DNA of 60,578 nt from Tubiluchus corallicola (lineage: Eukaryota > Animalia > Priapulida). Below the pieces are notes generated by a model. It was not told where the DNA came from, searched no databases, and saw nothing but the letters and a program-made list of their open reading frames with translations. Shown here piece by piece: positions 28,401-42,000 of this stretch (position 1 is the first letter of the stretch; every line of letters starts with the position of its first letter). The stretch is from NCBI GenBank assembly GCA_030141605.1, contig JAQGDQ010001129.1, forward strand, positions 1-60,578, given 5' to 3'. Both the position numbers and the translations under genes were made by a program.

Positions 28401-31400
28401 AGGATCCGGAATGGAGGGTATAGTCAGCTCAATGAAAGGAATTTTCAATGAGTGGCACCTTTTGATTTTAAAATATTTTTTCTGTCCCCAGGGGTGAAGG
28501 GGCAGATCCTGGATTCTAGCAACTGCAACTGCAGTGTCATAAAGGTAGACTTTGTCCTGGGATCGAGGTTCGGGATCATGGTTCAGTTCCCGGGCCCGAA
28601 TCATAAATGTGATGTTAACAAATAGAGATAAGCAAATTACAGCGAAATTGCACAGCTTGAGCTTCACCTGGTTAATCAACAACTATGGCATGATTATGAT
28701 TCACCCCATGAGTATGTTCAAATCATGCTTGGTTCTGATCTTTTCATATTTCCCTTCTGACACTACATCTTCATAAATTCAATAATTGTAGGTTCTTCCA
28801 CTAACTGGTAGCTTTAGCAAGATATATTGAAATCAATTAGAGTATATAAATTATTTACTCGCATTTTTTAAATGTGATATTTAGTTCAGTAGTTTTAATT
28901 ATAGCATTTATAGGTGCTTAGAATTCTGGATGAATAAGTGTCTAGACTATAAACAGGTTTCACCCACACTTGCTGCTTGGCAGCATGCTAGCTATACAAA
29001 TGCATTAATTACCCTATGTATGTGACTCTGTCAATGATACAACATTTTTTGCTGTCGGTCATGTAGTAGGAACAACAGTATTCCAAATGTCCGTGTGATG
29101 TCTCTTTCTCTCTCTACTCGGTTCGGAGTGAGCCCGCATACTTAACTATGGTAAGTAAATGTAATGCAAATGCAACAGTAATCTTTTTGCTATGAAATTA
29201 AAATAACTGTTAGAAACAATATTTGCTTGTATGATATTTAGATAGGAGAGATACTAGAAGCAGTAGTGTGAGACAAAAATAACACAAAATGTTTTTCATA
29301 AATTGCAAGTTCACCCCACCAGGAGCATTACACTCACAGAAGGCCGAATGCACTTCTATATGTGCCACATAAACTAAACATGCATTTACTTTAAACTACT
29401 TGCAAGACGTTTTAAAAAACATTTCAGTGCAATTATGGTTAATAAAATCTTGTTGAACAATATGTTACCAGGAAATTTGAGCAATGGACTTGATAAATGA
29501 CTTGTTTTTCTTTCTATACCTGTATAATGTTTGTCAAATAGCATTAACTTTTATAGTTTGGGATCGGTGTCATGATAGGATGAGAAGTTCGGGACGAAAC
29601 TGAATGGGGTTTGGGATTCGAAGAAAGTTTGAGGTCGAGGTACGGGTTCGCGATAATAACGACTCGGATCCCAAACACCTCTAACTAAATATTTTAGCCC
29701 CTTTGCCAAGGTGGGAGGATCCAGAATTTGAACAATAGGAATATATTACTATATAGGCAAGTTTTGTTCCACAAAATGTCGTGTTGGTGCTAGCGGATAG
29801 GTGAGAAATTTTGAGTGATGGCTTTGTGACCCTGGAACAAGGGTAAAAATGTCTGAATGAACTCTTTGTTTTACAAAACTTGAATATGAAAACTGTTTGA
29901 CATTGTTTTACCAGGAAGCACCCCTGGGAAAACAGTGCTGTTTGCATGCTTTTATTGCTTATGAGATTTTATGAACTCAGTCTGGCCAAACAGAATGATC
30001 TTATGTCAAATGCTAAGATTCTCAAGGTGTGAAACTTGAAAGTTAGGGGACGTACAACATTTTGGATGCTCTTGTTGTAATACACTGGGTATTTTATGCT
30101 AAATTCTGTCAAAAAGAGTCTATCACAAAAAGTTTAGTGCTTAAATTTTGACTTCAGGACTGTAGGACCCAATTTTAAAATACTTAATACTTGACATTTT
30201 TTTGCCATTGTCATACCGAAAAGTAACCCCATAATGGAACTCTGTTAGGTTCAGTATTAGATGTTTCAAAATCTTTGATAACAGCTTCAGTTTCAGAGTT
30301 GACCTACAACATTTGCAACCATAAATGAAAATTCCCTCCCAGCTACATCCGGCCCACTATTAACCCTTTCCAGCAGGCATTTCTTTGCCAATTGAACTTC
30401 TAGAAGATGTAGAAGAAACTTCTGTGGACATACATTTGCCAAAGCAAGGTTTCGGTATTCACAAACAAAAAACCAATGCATTCGTTTGAGCATAGCTTGA
30501 AATTTCTGTTAGGATAAAAGCTTGAATGATCCAAAAAGGCAAAAATCTATTAAATACTGATAAGAAGGGGTAGCTTTTAAATTTTTGCTGTAGGGCATTG
30601 TCAAGATTCAAACCCCATTCTGAGGCATTTCCAGAACAAGGGTGAATACGTAGAAACTTCAGATGCTGCACAACGATGATAGACATAGTGGGCGAATCAA
30701 AGTCATTGCTATGCATCGAATTAATGTGGTCTGTCACCTACTGACAACCTAACACAGATATTTTACACTCTCTCATTTGGGGTTTGGGGGGCTGATCAGC
30801 GATTCTAACAATTGCAACTAGTGTTTTTTTTTATAAAGACATGTTTTTTCCTGCAAAATGTCAAGTGTAGATGTTAGGTGCTGGATGGTAATATTTGGGT
30901 GGAATAACCCCAGTTGCGGCTCGTAGCTAAAATTCGTGGGGGTGCTGCTTCAGAAAATTTTTTGCCATTGTTTTAATACTGCGTAGCAAACATATGTAAA
31001 TTTAATGGTGCAGTTATATTTGAAGATCAGGCGTTGAACAGCCTCTTTTCTTAACTGCAACTTTCTCGTGGAGAGACAACTGTGAAAAATTAAGCTGTTG
31101 TAGGTCACTTCAGTCACAGAACTTATTTCTTGAGAATACAAGGCATCCATTCTTAAATAATTTATGTTTTAAGCACACACACACTAAGTTTACGCTTTAT
31201 CTCATCCAAGAATATCACGGTGGCAATTGTTGCTGTGTTTGAGACAGTACTTTTCTACCTAGCAGCAGACGTTAGCGTATGCTCAGGCATGTGTGCTTGG
31301 CCCACACAACAACTAAACACCACGTTGCTTGGGCTGTGAAGCAAATTGTACTTCCCTCACGTGGTTCTGCACAAGTATAAAAAAAGAACTAAAGAAAAAA

Positions 31401-34400
31401 GATTTATTATATTGAATATTACCTATAATAATGAGTGAAAATAGGGGGTGCTGCAGTACCACAGTACTTATACACCCGCTCCCTTCGTCAGGCTGGTGGA
31501 TATATGTGAGAGCATCTGAGATCAAGGCGAAGATTTACAGTAAACTGTCACGTATTGATAACCAAACTATGAGAAAAGTATTTTATCAATTTCTCGACCT
31601 CAAAAGAAAGAGGATCCAAATAATTGCAATTATAGGTTATAAAGACAAGTGTTACCCAGCAAAATGTCATGTTAGGGTTCTAGGTGATGAGTTCGAATTT
31701 TTAGGCAATGACGTTCAGTGACTTCGAAACAAACGCACAAATTGTCAAATGTTCCCAAAAATACCAATTGTATGAAACTTGCTGTATGAATTTGGACAGG
31801 AAAAGCATTTGATTTTGTTTTATCAGGAGACACAGCTGAGATATTATTACTCTTTGTATATCTTAAATTACCTTTATTGCCTATGAATATTTGTGAACAA
31901 AATTTGGTCAAAAAAGAAACATCTTGTGTCAGACGTGAAAGTCAGGGGATCTACAGCATCATCAATGTTCTGGTTTTAACCTTTATGAGATTTGTTGGTT
32001 ATGTCTTTCACAAGTGCTGTAGTCGTCTAATTAAATTTACTGATTTAATCACTTTCTTGATTAAGCAACATGACATTAATTCAGGCTTTCAGTTGCACTT
32101 TGTACAAGATTTTACAGCTTTATAGTGCATTGTTTAAAATTATTATGACACGTGTTCAGCAGAACCTCCATTAAAATTAAGCTTTATGTATGGCACTTTA
32201 ACTGTATTTGAGTTACAGTTAAAGTGCGTAGGATGTTGCCTAAATAAGAGGTGTGCAAATAAGTTCATAAAAACGTGCAGACACTAAATTGTGATATCTT
32301 GAGATTATTGCTGACTGAAAACATAAATTATGCATGTTTGTGACTTTTATTTTACAAAGTTCTGTCGTGTATTGCAACACTGTGTGCTTACAGACTTTGC
32401 AGATACAAGAATGTCTATGTACAGCTATGCCAAATAACTCTGAAAATATACTGCTTTTTTCACTTATTGCAATGGATATTTCTGTAATCGCTTATTCTAA
32501 CGCTGCTCTCACTTTTTAAACTTTGGGTTTGTTGGTGCAGAAAAATCTGAAGGTTTAGAAAAGTGGGAGACTGAAATTTGAGTCATCATAAGTTTACTTT
32601 TTGTCAAATCAGTCAAGTTAGTTGGAGTTACAGTACTGAAAAAGTGTTTGGTTATTAATTAGATTATGTGCCTTCAGTGTTCACTGTTCACTAAGAGAAA
32701 CATTACCATTCATGTTATTATTTTTAGAAATCTGATGGCTCAAAGGCAGAAGACTTCTCAGACATTATAATACTTGGCCGGCCACCTAAAGAGACAAGTA
32801 TATTAGCTTTTTTTACTGGAATTAATGAAGAAATTTACTGAAATTAAAATTATTTCAAACTTAATCTAAATTTATTTGCCTTGAAAAAATATTTAAACGT
32901 CAAAAACTTTAAAGGTATATTTTACTGCTAAACTTTTCTATAAAAAAAGAATTCATTTTGAATAGCTAATTTAAAAAATATGTTTGGCCTGTGACCAGAT
33001 TTTATATTTATAAGCACGGTTCAATAATAGTGACAAGAGAAGAGAGCACTTTGCGTGGTTTATTATGCAGTAGAGTGTTTGTAATGAATAAACATTTTTC
33101 AGTAAGTTTTGCTGCTGATGTTGAAGTAGTTAATTAACTCCTATGTGACTTAAAATATTTGAAGGCAAAAGGTACAAGAGTGTGTGCAGGCCGAAGAGGC
33201 TAAAAGTAGAAACAGAACATTAATTGTTAAAATTTAGTGATCTAATATTTGCTAAAATGTCTAGTTACAACTATGAATAGCTTTCTGAGTTTTACACTTT
33301 CCTGTTTTTGTAAAATATCAGATGCTGACATGGTGCAAGGTACAGTCTGTTGTTATTGTTGAGGAAAGTGTTAAATTCTCGATTCCAGTGTACTGGTAAA
33401 ACTGAACTGCTTTTATTCATATCTTTCAGCTTATTTAAGTATTGGCATCCCAAGTGTTATGCGACCAAGATCATTTTATCTTTTTGAGACCATCCATTCT
33501 TTGATTAATAACACTGATCATGAAGATCGTCAAAGAGTTCTCATTGTTGTACTGCTATGCGATAAAGAAAAATCCAGCAGGGAGATTATTGCAGAATCTA
33601 TAAAGCGAAATTTTTCTGCAGAAATAACTGACGGATTTCTGCATGTTATACAAACGCCTTCATCATTGCTTGATCAGAGCATTATAGTTAAGAAACGGAC
33701 GTACAATGACTCAGCTACTAGAGTTCAATGGAGAACTAAACAGGTGCTGGATTTTATGTTTCTTTTAAAATATTGTGAAAATTTATCGACATATTTCATG
33801 CAGTTGGAAGACGACGTCATCGCTGCTCCTAACTTTGTTCCTGCAATCACGGAATTTGTGAATCATCAGACTGTGGACTGGATTGATTTACAGTTTAGTA
33901 ATTTCTGGTCAATAGGACGTTTATACAAGAATAAGTATTTAAAGCAGCTAGCCGAGTTTTTGTGGACGTTTCACGAGGAGCAGCCAGTTGACATCTTGTA
34001 TGAATACTTTCGAGCGCTAATGATTCCTGGTGTGGAAACAGATCAATTTATTCGACGACCTGCTCTTTTTCAGCATATTGGAAAACTTTCATCACTGATG
34101 AACAAAACCAGTGACTTGCAAGATGCAACATTTAGTGCAGACTCATACGCAAAACAGTATAAGGGTGACAATCCACCTGCTGATGTGATTACTGATTTGC
34201 AAGTTTATGGGCCTTATATACCACAACAAGCATATGCGCAGTCACCAGGTTTCTTTTGGAGCCGCGATGTTAAAAAAGGTGGTCAAATATTTGTTGTTTT
34301 TCATGCCCCAGTTGCCTTATCCCGTGTTGTAATTGCTACTGGCACTAAACTGAAGCCAAAAGATGTCTTACAAAATGGAAAATTGGATGCTAGTAAAAAA

Positions 34401-34598
34401 TTTATGTATCAGAAAGGAAATCATGTCCATTGTGCAGATTTTAATTATATTGGGTCTTTCGATGAAGGACTTTTAGATGTTAAAAACTTTTATGTAGTTG
34501 CTCCATACAAAGTACAATGCTTGAGAATAACAGCTTTGTCAGATCAGGAAAGCTGGCTTATAGTTAGAGAGATAGCTGTTTTTCTTGAAGCTGCATAA
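19438..34598 (+). CDS. MGAT4C: Alpha-1,3-mannosyl-glycoprotein 4-beta-N-acetylglucosaminyltransferase C-like (GT54); exons 19438-19546, 27686-27738, 32728-32797, 33430-34598 (~466 aa)
   Basis: The large last exon has YLSIGIPSVMRPRSFYLFETIHSL, WRTKQVLDF, YFMQLEDDV, QPVDIL, FQHIG and a C-terminal beta-rich lectin-like domain ending WLIVREI. Exon 1 encodes a signal anchor (KKLKACVFVLVLVIALFMVV). All junctions are GT-AG and phase-compatible (1, 0, 1). AATAAA at 34791. The two small internal exons are less certain than the outer ones. Confidence 0.85.
30911..31487. mobile_element. hAT-like non-autonomous element; an inverted related end lies at 37470-37524
   Basis: Starts CAGTTGCGGCTCGTAG with GGGGGTGCTGC subterminal motifs. 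31433-31475 (GAGTGAAAATAGGGGGTGCTGCAGT...) matches the reverse complement of 37470-37524. Confidence 0.5.
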
Positions 34599-36056
34599 TT
34601 TTTACTCATTTTTCCTAAGCATTGTACCATTCTCTAGGAAGAATGTATTCTGTGGAGTCAATTCTTGTTATATATCTTGCTGTTAAACATATAATATTTT
34701 GCTTTTATACTTGTAACATAAAATATTTTATTTTTATACTTGTCTTTTTTAGTATGTTAAATTTTTACACTTTACAATAGCTTAAAATACAATAAAGTGT
34801 TTCTTTCCAGTCTGCGTATTGTATACCAGTACTACCAGCGAAGAGATCTGACCCTAATTAAACAATTTTAATGTTTTTAAAAAATTTTAGGAATTTTAGA
34901 ACGTTTCAGTAAAACTAACCAGTTGTCCTAGCTTTGTAAGTTTGGCTATGAAAGTGATAAATGACTTACTTATTTAATAATTATTTTGTGCATTAGTGCT
35001 GTTTTTACTAATAAAATAATATGAACATTTTTCGTCAAACTTAGAAAATATTTAGTAATGAAACATATGGCATGTATGTATGTACATGTCATGCTGTCAG
35101 ATTGTGTCCATGCTCAGCTAGATCTGTAGGTCTCTTGGTATGCCCAGCTGAATGGCCACTGGGCATTTATTTTTTGGAAAATTTATTGTCCCAGATATAA
35201 CCGTTACTGTCCGAGTTTTTCAACCGTTAAGTATTGCTTTGACGCGAATGATTAACATACGCTGACACAGTTTGGTAATAAATTTCACAGGGCAAACCTA
35301 AAAACTAGAGTTGGGTGAGAGAGAGAAAGATTATGCATATAAATCAATGTAGCAATTGTCAGTTAGTAGTATCTCAAAATTAAATAGTTAATTATTTACA
35401 ATTTTGCTAGAGCCACAGTATATAGACATTCCAATGCTTATAGATATAAATAGAAATATATTATTTATCAACTTATTGTAAGTGTTAGTAGCTCTGATTG
35501 TTAGTGAATAAGTAGATCTTTTAACAATAAAAGCAAAGTATGGCAAATTTAGGTCAACAGACATTTGTTTAGCCAAGCAGTCATAGGGTAGATTATCAAA
35601 GTTTTGGTTCCTTTGTTGTACGTAACTTTTAAATTTCTCAAGCTATAATCATAAAGGTTGTTCCACACACCCCACAATGCAGCACAACAAAAGTTACAGC
35701 AATATACTTTGAACAAAGTTTGTTTGACTTCTGTATTATACGTTAGTATTACAACAAATCATTTTTGTTATAATTATTATTACATTGGTGTTATTATTAT
35801 TAGCTGATTTGTTTTTATTAACTCTTAATAGTACTTATGTAATCAAATTTTATTGGACATCAAGGTGTTAGTATTTTAGTTTATATATTCTGTGTAATAT
35901 GTTTTTTTTGTCGTGATGCTTTACTGCGTTTGTGCAAATAAACTCGGATTGAATTGAATTAATTCTCCGGAAAGGCTTTGTCGTAGTGAAACGTCTATTG
36001 GATAGCCCCTAATAAGTGCGTCTTCTTTCAAAATTTCACAAACTGGAGCAGCAAAT

Positions 36057-39000
36057 ATGTCGACCGCCGTGGAAAATGTTGGTGTGGACGTCAACCATTG
36101 TGAAAAAACCGTATTAAGTCTGCTTACTGAAGCCACAAAGGTGAACACCAAGTTCTTACTGACAGCTATCACGCCCGTTTGGGTGTCATGAATAAAATTT
36201 TGAAGTTATTTTATTTTTAAGTAAAGCAATATCATACAGTTATACTTTCGTTTACTTTAGTTTTTCCATGTCATTAGTACATACAAAGCTTTCATAAAAT
36301 AATAAAAAATGCAGTACAATAACTACTAGCACAATATTTAATTAGCGTTTATTAACTCCATTCCGACGGGTACATACACTTACTCGTCGTTTGTGACGGG
36401 GAAAAATAATGCTTTCTTAACTAAACTTTCCACTCTCCATTAATGAAATTTGGAAAAGAAACGACTAACATACAAGAAAATTGTATATGAACGAACGAAA
36501 AAGTTGTACTGTTTTCTTCGTTTTCAGTCTTTGAAGATGTTTTTTGCAAAACGAACGGATAAAAATTTTGCTTTGCGTTTATACAGCAACTCAGCCCTGT
36601 TGATTTGCCCTACACTCATCAGCTGAGGCTATTATTAGCACTGCAAAGTAACTTTTATATAGTTGGTTTTATCACATGGTCAGTAATTAGTTACATGTTT
36701 ACAGTGGGATAATTTCTGTATGCTTCACTTGTTAGCAATACTGTATGTATGTTATCAAACTCAGCCTTTTTGGAAGTAAACTAATATTCAGCAAACTTTC
36801 TGCAAAATCTTTTGGAAGTAAACTAATATTTATAAAACAATATTGATGGCCATTATCTTGCTATATATAGCTACTGGTCCTTCTAGGTGGTTATGTAAAA
36901 CAGCTAGGCACGCCGGCTGTCAGTTCAACATCGCAGTGTCCGGTTATTATAATTACCTGTTGCCAGCGCATGGCAGACTCACCAGTGGCAAGTGTTGCAA
37001 TTCCAGTACAAATGTCGTAATGTCTTTATCCGTTTGAACAGCTGTCAAATATACAAACTTAGAGTGATCTGAATCCTTTTTGCGCCATTTTATGCAGAAG
37101 TGAGTGCTTTACAGGTTTTTTGTTGAACAGTTTTAGATGCAAGCAATCACTTGGAAGCTAGAAGGCTTTAATTTTACGGCTTAATTTTGCAATTTTTTCG
37201 AATCATACTGTTAACTACTCTAATGAGTAAAGAAGCGTAAACACTAAATTTACAATGCTGGAAAGAAAATTTAATTCTCTTTCGGAAAATAAAAGCTTTG
37301 CACTCGAATCTCACACGTGTAGCCATTATTTGGTATTTTTATTCTGGGATGTACTACTTCGTCATCATGAAGGAATTAAGATGTGCAGGAGGACATGTGT
37401 CTATCGAATTTAAGAAACTTTGTTAAATCAACATGTTCAAGTCGTTTATGAAATAACTAACATTTCCAGCAGTGCCGGCTCGTGTATAGGCACCCTGGAA
37501 CTGCAGCACCCCCTATTTTCACTCGATATTATTGCTAGTATTCAACATAACGAGTTTTTTCTTTAATTCTTTCTTTATATTTCTACGTACTTGTAAGTCC
37601 TTGTACGTAACAAGAGCACATGACAGAATTGCGCACTTCACAGTTTCAACAACGCAATGTTTGGCTATTGTGCACATGCAGCCATGTCCGAGATAAGATG
37701 CTGCACACTAGGTAGAGCAGTACAGCGAAAGTTATCAGAATCATTTTACGTTAGTGAGGGTTGGAAAACATCCGCCGTCTGTAAGTACCAGGTATTGCAA
37801 ATGAAAATATACACATGGCGGCTGAACTGTTCTACTCTGCTTTTGCAAAACTACCCATTTCATTTAGATAAGCACTTTGTATTTATGCAAAATTCCTTCT
37901 CTCAGTTCTAGAAATTCATCCAAACAGAGATAAGCAATACTGAAAGCACTTAATAATATAATTATGTTTTATAGGCCCACTGACTAACAGGGATAAATGT
38001 GGATTCATAAAGCTAGCTGTTATAGTAGTTACCTATATTTATAGTGTGTATAGTGCTACCATCTTAATGTGATAACATATTTAAGCAGCAGTAAATGAAT
38101 GTAATTAGTATTTCATTTTTTATATTTGTGGCCCCTCTGAAAAGCAGTCTGAAGATGACATTAAATTAGTTTTTTACACCAGACATTAATTCTAAGAGTA
38201 AAATTTATAGTTTCCCAAAAGTGTTCTCGCAAACAACAACTTTTTCTGTTGTTACATAAATTGCCTAGCTTTAATAAATCGTTCCAAATAATTTATCGTA
38301 TTGTATCGTCTAAAATAGATTATCATTATTGTATTGTTGCAAAAAAGTATATCGTCATTGTATGGCCATATTTGTATCGTTTAACAGCCGTACTCTTATT
38401 ATTACAGCATTGTTTGCATTCAAAATTAAAAAATGTTTTATTAGGATTTTCAAGATTCTTTTCATTGGATACTTAGTTTTCCAGATTCTTTTTTAAAAGA
38501 ATGCCATGAGTGAAAATATCCAGAAAGGCTACTCAAGGCTACACAAAGAATATTCTGAAGATGAGATGATGATGGTGATGATGAGATCAGCAAGATGGTG
38601 ATGATAAGAATCCCACCTACTGGTATTTACCTACCATGGAGCATTTCACCCCAGGAAGACAAACGAGGTGTTGTTTTTAATTGCTCCTGCAAGTGCAATG
38701 GCTTTTCTATGAATAATGTTATCATGTCTGGACCAAATCTGACTTCAAATTTATTAGGTGTATTGCTACGGTTCCGGAACCATGAAGTTGCTGTTCTCGC
38801 AGACATCGACATTGCACAGAGAAATTTCAGGCATGTTCAACCAGGTCCTTGTTGATCCTTCACAGTATGGCATGCTAAGAAACTTGTGGTATGACAGTGA
38901 TGCTCAAGTTAGGAGATTACCACATGTCCATTCACTTTTTTGGTTGTATCTCATCTCATATTTTGTGCTTATCTGGCAGTCAGAAAGACAGCTGATGACA

Positions 39001-42000
39001 GTGCTTCATGATTTCAATGTTGCAACACTGTATTCTGTACACAACTTTTATGTTGATGATTTGCTAAAGTTTGTCATTGTATGGTATGAAGCATTAAGAC
39101 TCGCAAATGGCATCACTCAGCTACTGCAGAGAGCCAGTTTCCACTTGACAAAGTTCCTTAGTAACTAAAAAGCTGTTATCAAAGAAATTCCAAAATCAGA
39201 AAGAGCTAAACCGATTCTGGACTTGCAACAGAAGCTAGCTGATTCACCAATAGATCTTGGAATTAGATGGAACACCCAAGATGTATTTCAGTTCAAGTCT
39301 GTTCTGAAGGGAAAGCCCACGACAAGGCGAAGTATCCTGTCTGAGACATTATCACTGTTTGACTCTTTTGGTCTCTTATGTGCTGTGCTCCTACCAGCCA
39401 AGGAGCAAGTTAAAGCTTAATTGGGATGAACATATCCCAGACGATCTAGAAGCCAAATGGCTTAAGTGGACGACTAGCTTGAACAGTCTTAATGACCTGA
39501 AAGTTTTGAGATGTATCAAGCCAGACCTGTTACATCGTCCCACCTGCATCATTTTAGTGATGCCAGGAATGATGCCTAATTGTCCGTTATGGATTATGGA
39601 TTAATCAACGGGAACAGATTCATTGTTGTCTGCTGACAGCAAAGAGCAGAGTTGCTCCTAAGAAGACACAAACTGTGCCGAGAATAGAATAGCAAGCTTC
39701 TGTTGTTGCTGTCAGAATAAACAAAACAATTCTAGAAAACTCAGACATCAGTCTTGAAATTCATCCAAAGTGAAAGGAAGTGGTTCCATGTGTATGTGGC
39801 CAACATATTCTCTGAGATTCATTATGGTTCCGATACCAGTCAAATGCTGTATGTCACCTCTTTGCAGAATGTTGCAAATGACATAACAAGAGGCTTAAAG
39901 GCAGGACAGCTAGCTGTAAATCATAGATGGTTCAAGGTCCCTTCTTTTCTCTGGAAAATAGAAGCTGAGTAGCCAGTGCAGCTAACACTATAGTATTTGA
40001 TGATCATGAAGAGGTGAAGATAGTACAGATCAGTTTGGCATCCAAGAAAAGCCAATAAGCAATTAAGTTGCAAACCTATTTCTCTTCGTGGGAAAAACTT
40101 GGTTTTTCTCTAGCTTGGCTCGCCAAGTATAAACAGTAAACAGTGCTTGAGGAACAAGGGAAAAGGTTACCAAGAAAAGATAGAGAAGTATTTGCAGTAT
40201 GGTGATCTGGAAGAAGCAGAGAAAGCCACTATTCATTTGATTCAGAAAATTGCATTTCCGGAAGAGATGAAGCTGATGTCTCGAACATTACCTAGTGATA
40301 AACAATCGTATAATAAAGAGAAGAATCACCTAAAATACAGTCTGCTCCATGGCATCAAACCCTTCATGGATGGTAAAGACCTGCTGAGAATTTATGGAAG
40401 ACTAACCAGAGGTAACTTCAAATATGGTTACACATATCCTCTTATTCTTCCTTTCAAACATCAGGTAACTGACTTGTCAATTCAGTATTGCCAGGCATAT
40501 GCTCACTTAGGCAGAGACTTTGTTGTTTCCCAGATGAGACTGAAGTATTACATTATCAAGGGGAAAAGTGCAGTAAGAAGAGTTTTGTCTCTATATTTCA
40601 AATGCAAGAAAAAATGCTCCCAGCCTGCTGAACAGTTAATTAAGCCAAACGATTCTCCATTTTCCAGAATAGGAATTGACTTTTTTCGACTGATGTGTGT
40701 TAGACAGGATCATTCTACCGTCAAGTGTTATGGATGCCTTGCTCTGCGAAAGAAAGTAAATGATTTGGTTCTGGTCGTTGATGGTAACAAGCAGAATCAC
40801 TGAATTATTTCCAGCTCCAGATGGACTCGTGAGATCAGTTATGGTGAAACCCTCTCTGCAATATTGCTTAGGCCAATAACAAAGCTGTGTGTCATCAAAG
40901 AGGCTGAATAAAATTCTACACAGTGTGCTAACGTGCCCTGTAATTAGTACAATTATTTTGTATACTGGTATGTTTGTTTGACTGACTGATTGACTGGCAG
41001 TATCGTTGATGATGAATTTAGTTGTATTATCCAGCAATTTATATTTTATGCTGCAACAGTTTTCTGTTATGTGAGAATTTGTATTTTTGTATTAATTTCG
41101 CGAATTTTATTTAAGCCTTATCCGTGAATATGCGATTTGTTTTACGATTTTATCAAATTAATTGTCACTAATTTGAAATGTATGTTAAATATTTGCTTTG
41201 GTCTTTCAAACAAAATTAACGTTAAATTTTATCACTTGGCAGTAGATCAACTTTGTGACACAGTAATACTAAATTTTATATAATATGCTGGAGGGAATTT
41301 CATTTCCCTTTGTTAACTGTTGTACGTCATTGACATGCCAGGTATAGTCATATAACATCGTATCTTATTATAAAGTCATTATTTTATTGAATAGGTATGC
41401 AATGCTTTAGTTTCTATAGTAACACTTGTGTTTGAATTGTTTTATTTAAATTGTTTAACAGGATTATTTTAATCCTTTAATTTTAACTAAAATTATGGTG
41501 CTAGAAATAGCATCTAAGTGTTACCGTTCAGAGTTTATAGTATTGTAAAGTAATTTATTGATTTCTGGCCAATATGGCCAAACAACAAAAAACATCCATA
41601 CAACAAAATTTTCCATACGAATGCAAACAAACTTAGCGAGCACATTGAATAGTGACATCGTGAGATTGCATCATACAAGTCAGTTTGTCATCAATATTTA
41701 AAAAGTAAAAGTCTGGAATAGAATTCATTTATAGAATGCATTTACAAGGAAGTTGCGGGCGGTGTTATGTTTAGAGCAAAATAGAATAAAATGGCATTCA
41801 TCACCAACTTCGTTACACTTGGCACATAGATGCTTCTCTTGAGGAATAGGTCTTATATACCACCGAGTTTCAATAGGCAATGAGTGAATGCTTGTTCTAA
41901 GCTTAGTCAATGGTTTTCGATCTTTAATATTCTTTACATTTACCAAATAAGACTCAAATTTAAAGAAGTTAAATTTACTATAAAAGGATAACTTTGACAT

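Noticed and set aside
28230-28682. 150-aa antisense ORF in an MGAT4C intron
   Set aside because: No recognisable domain and a non-ATG start; probably repeat-derived.
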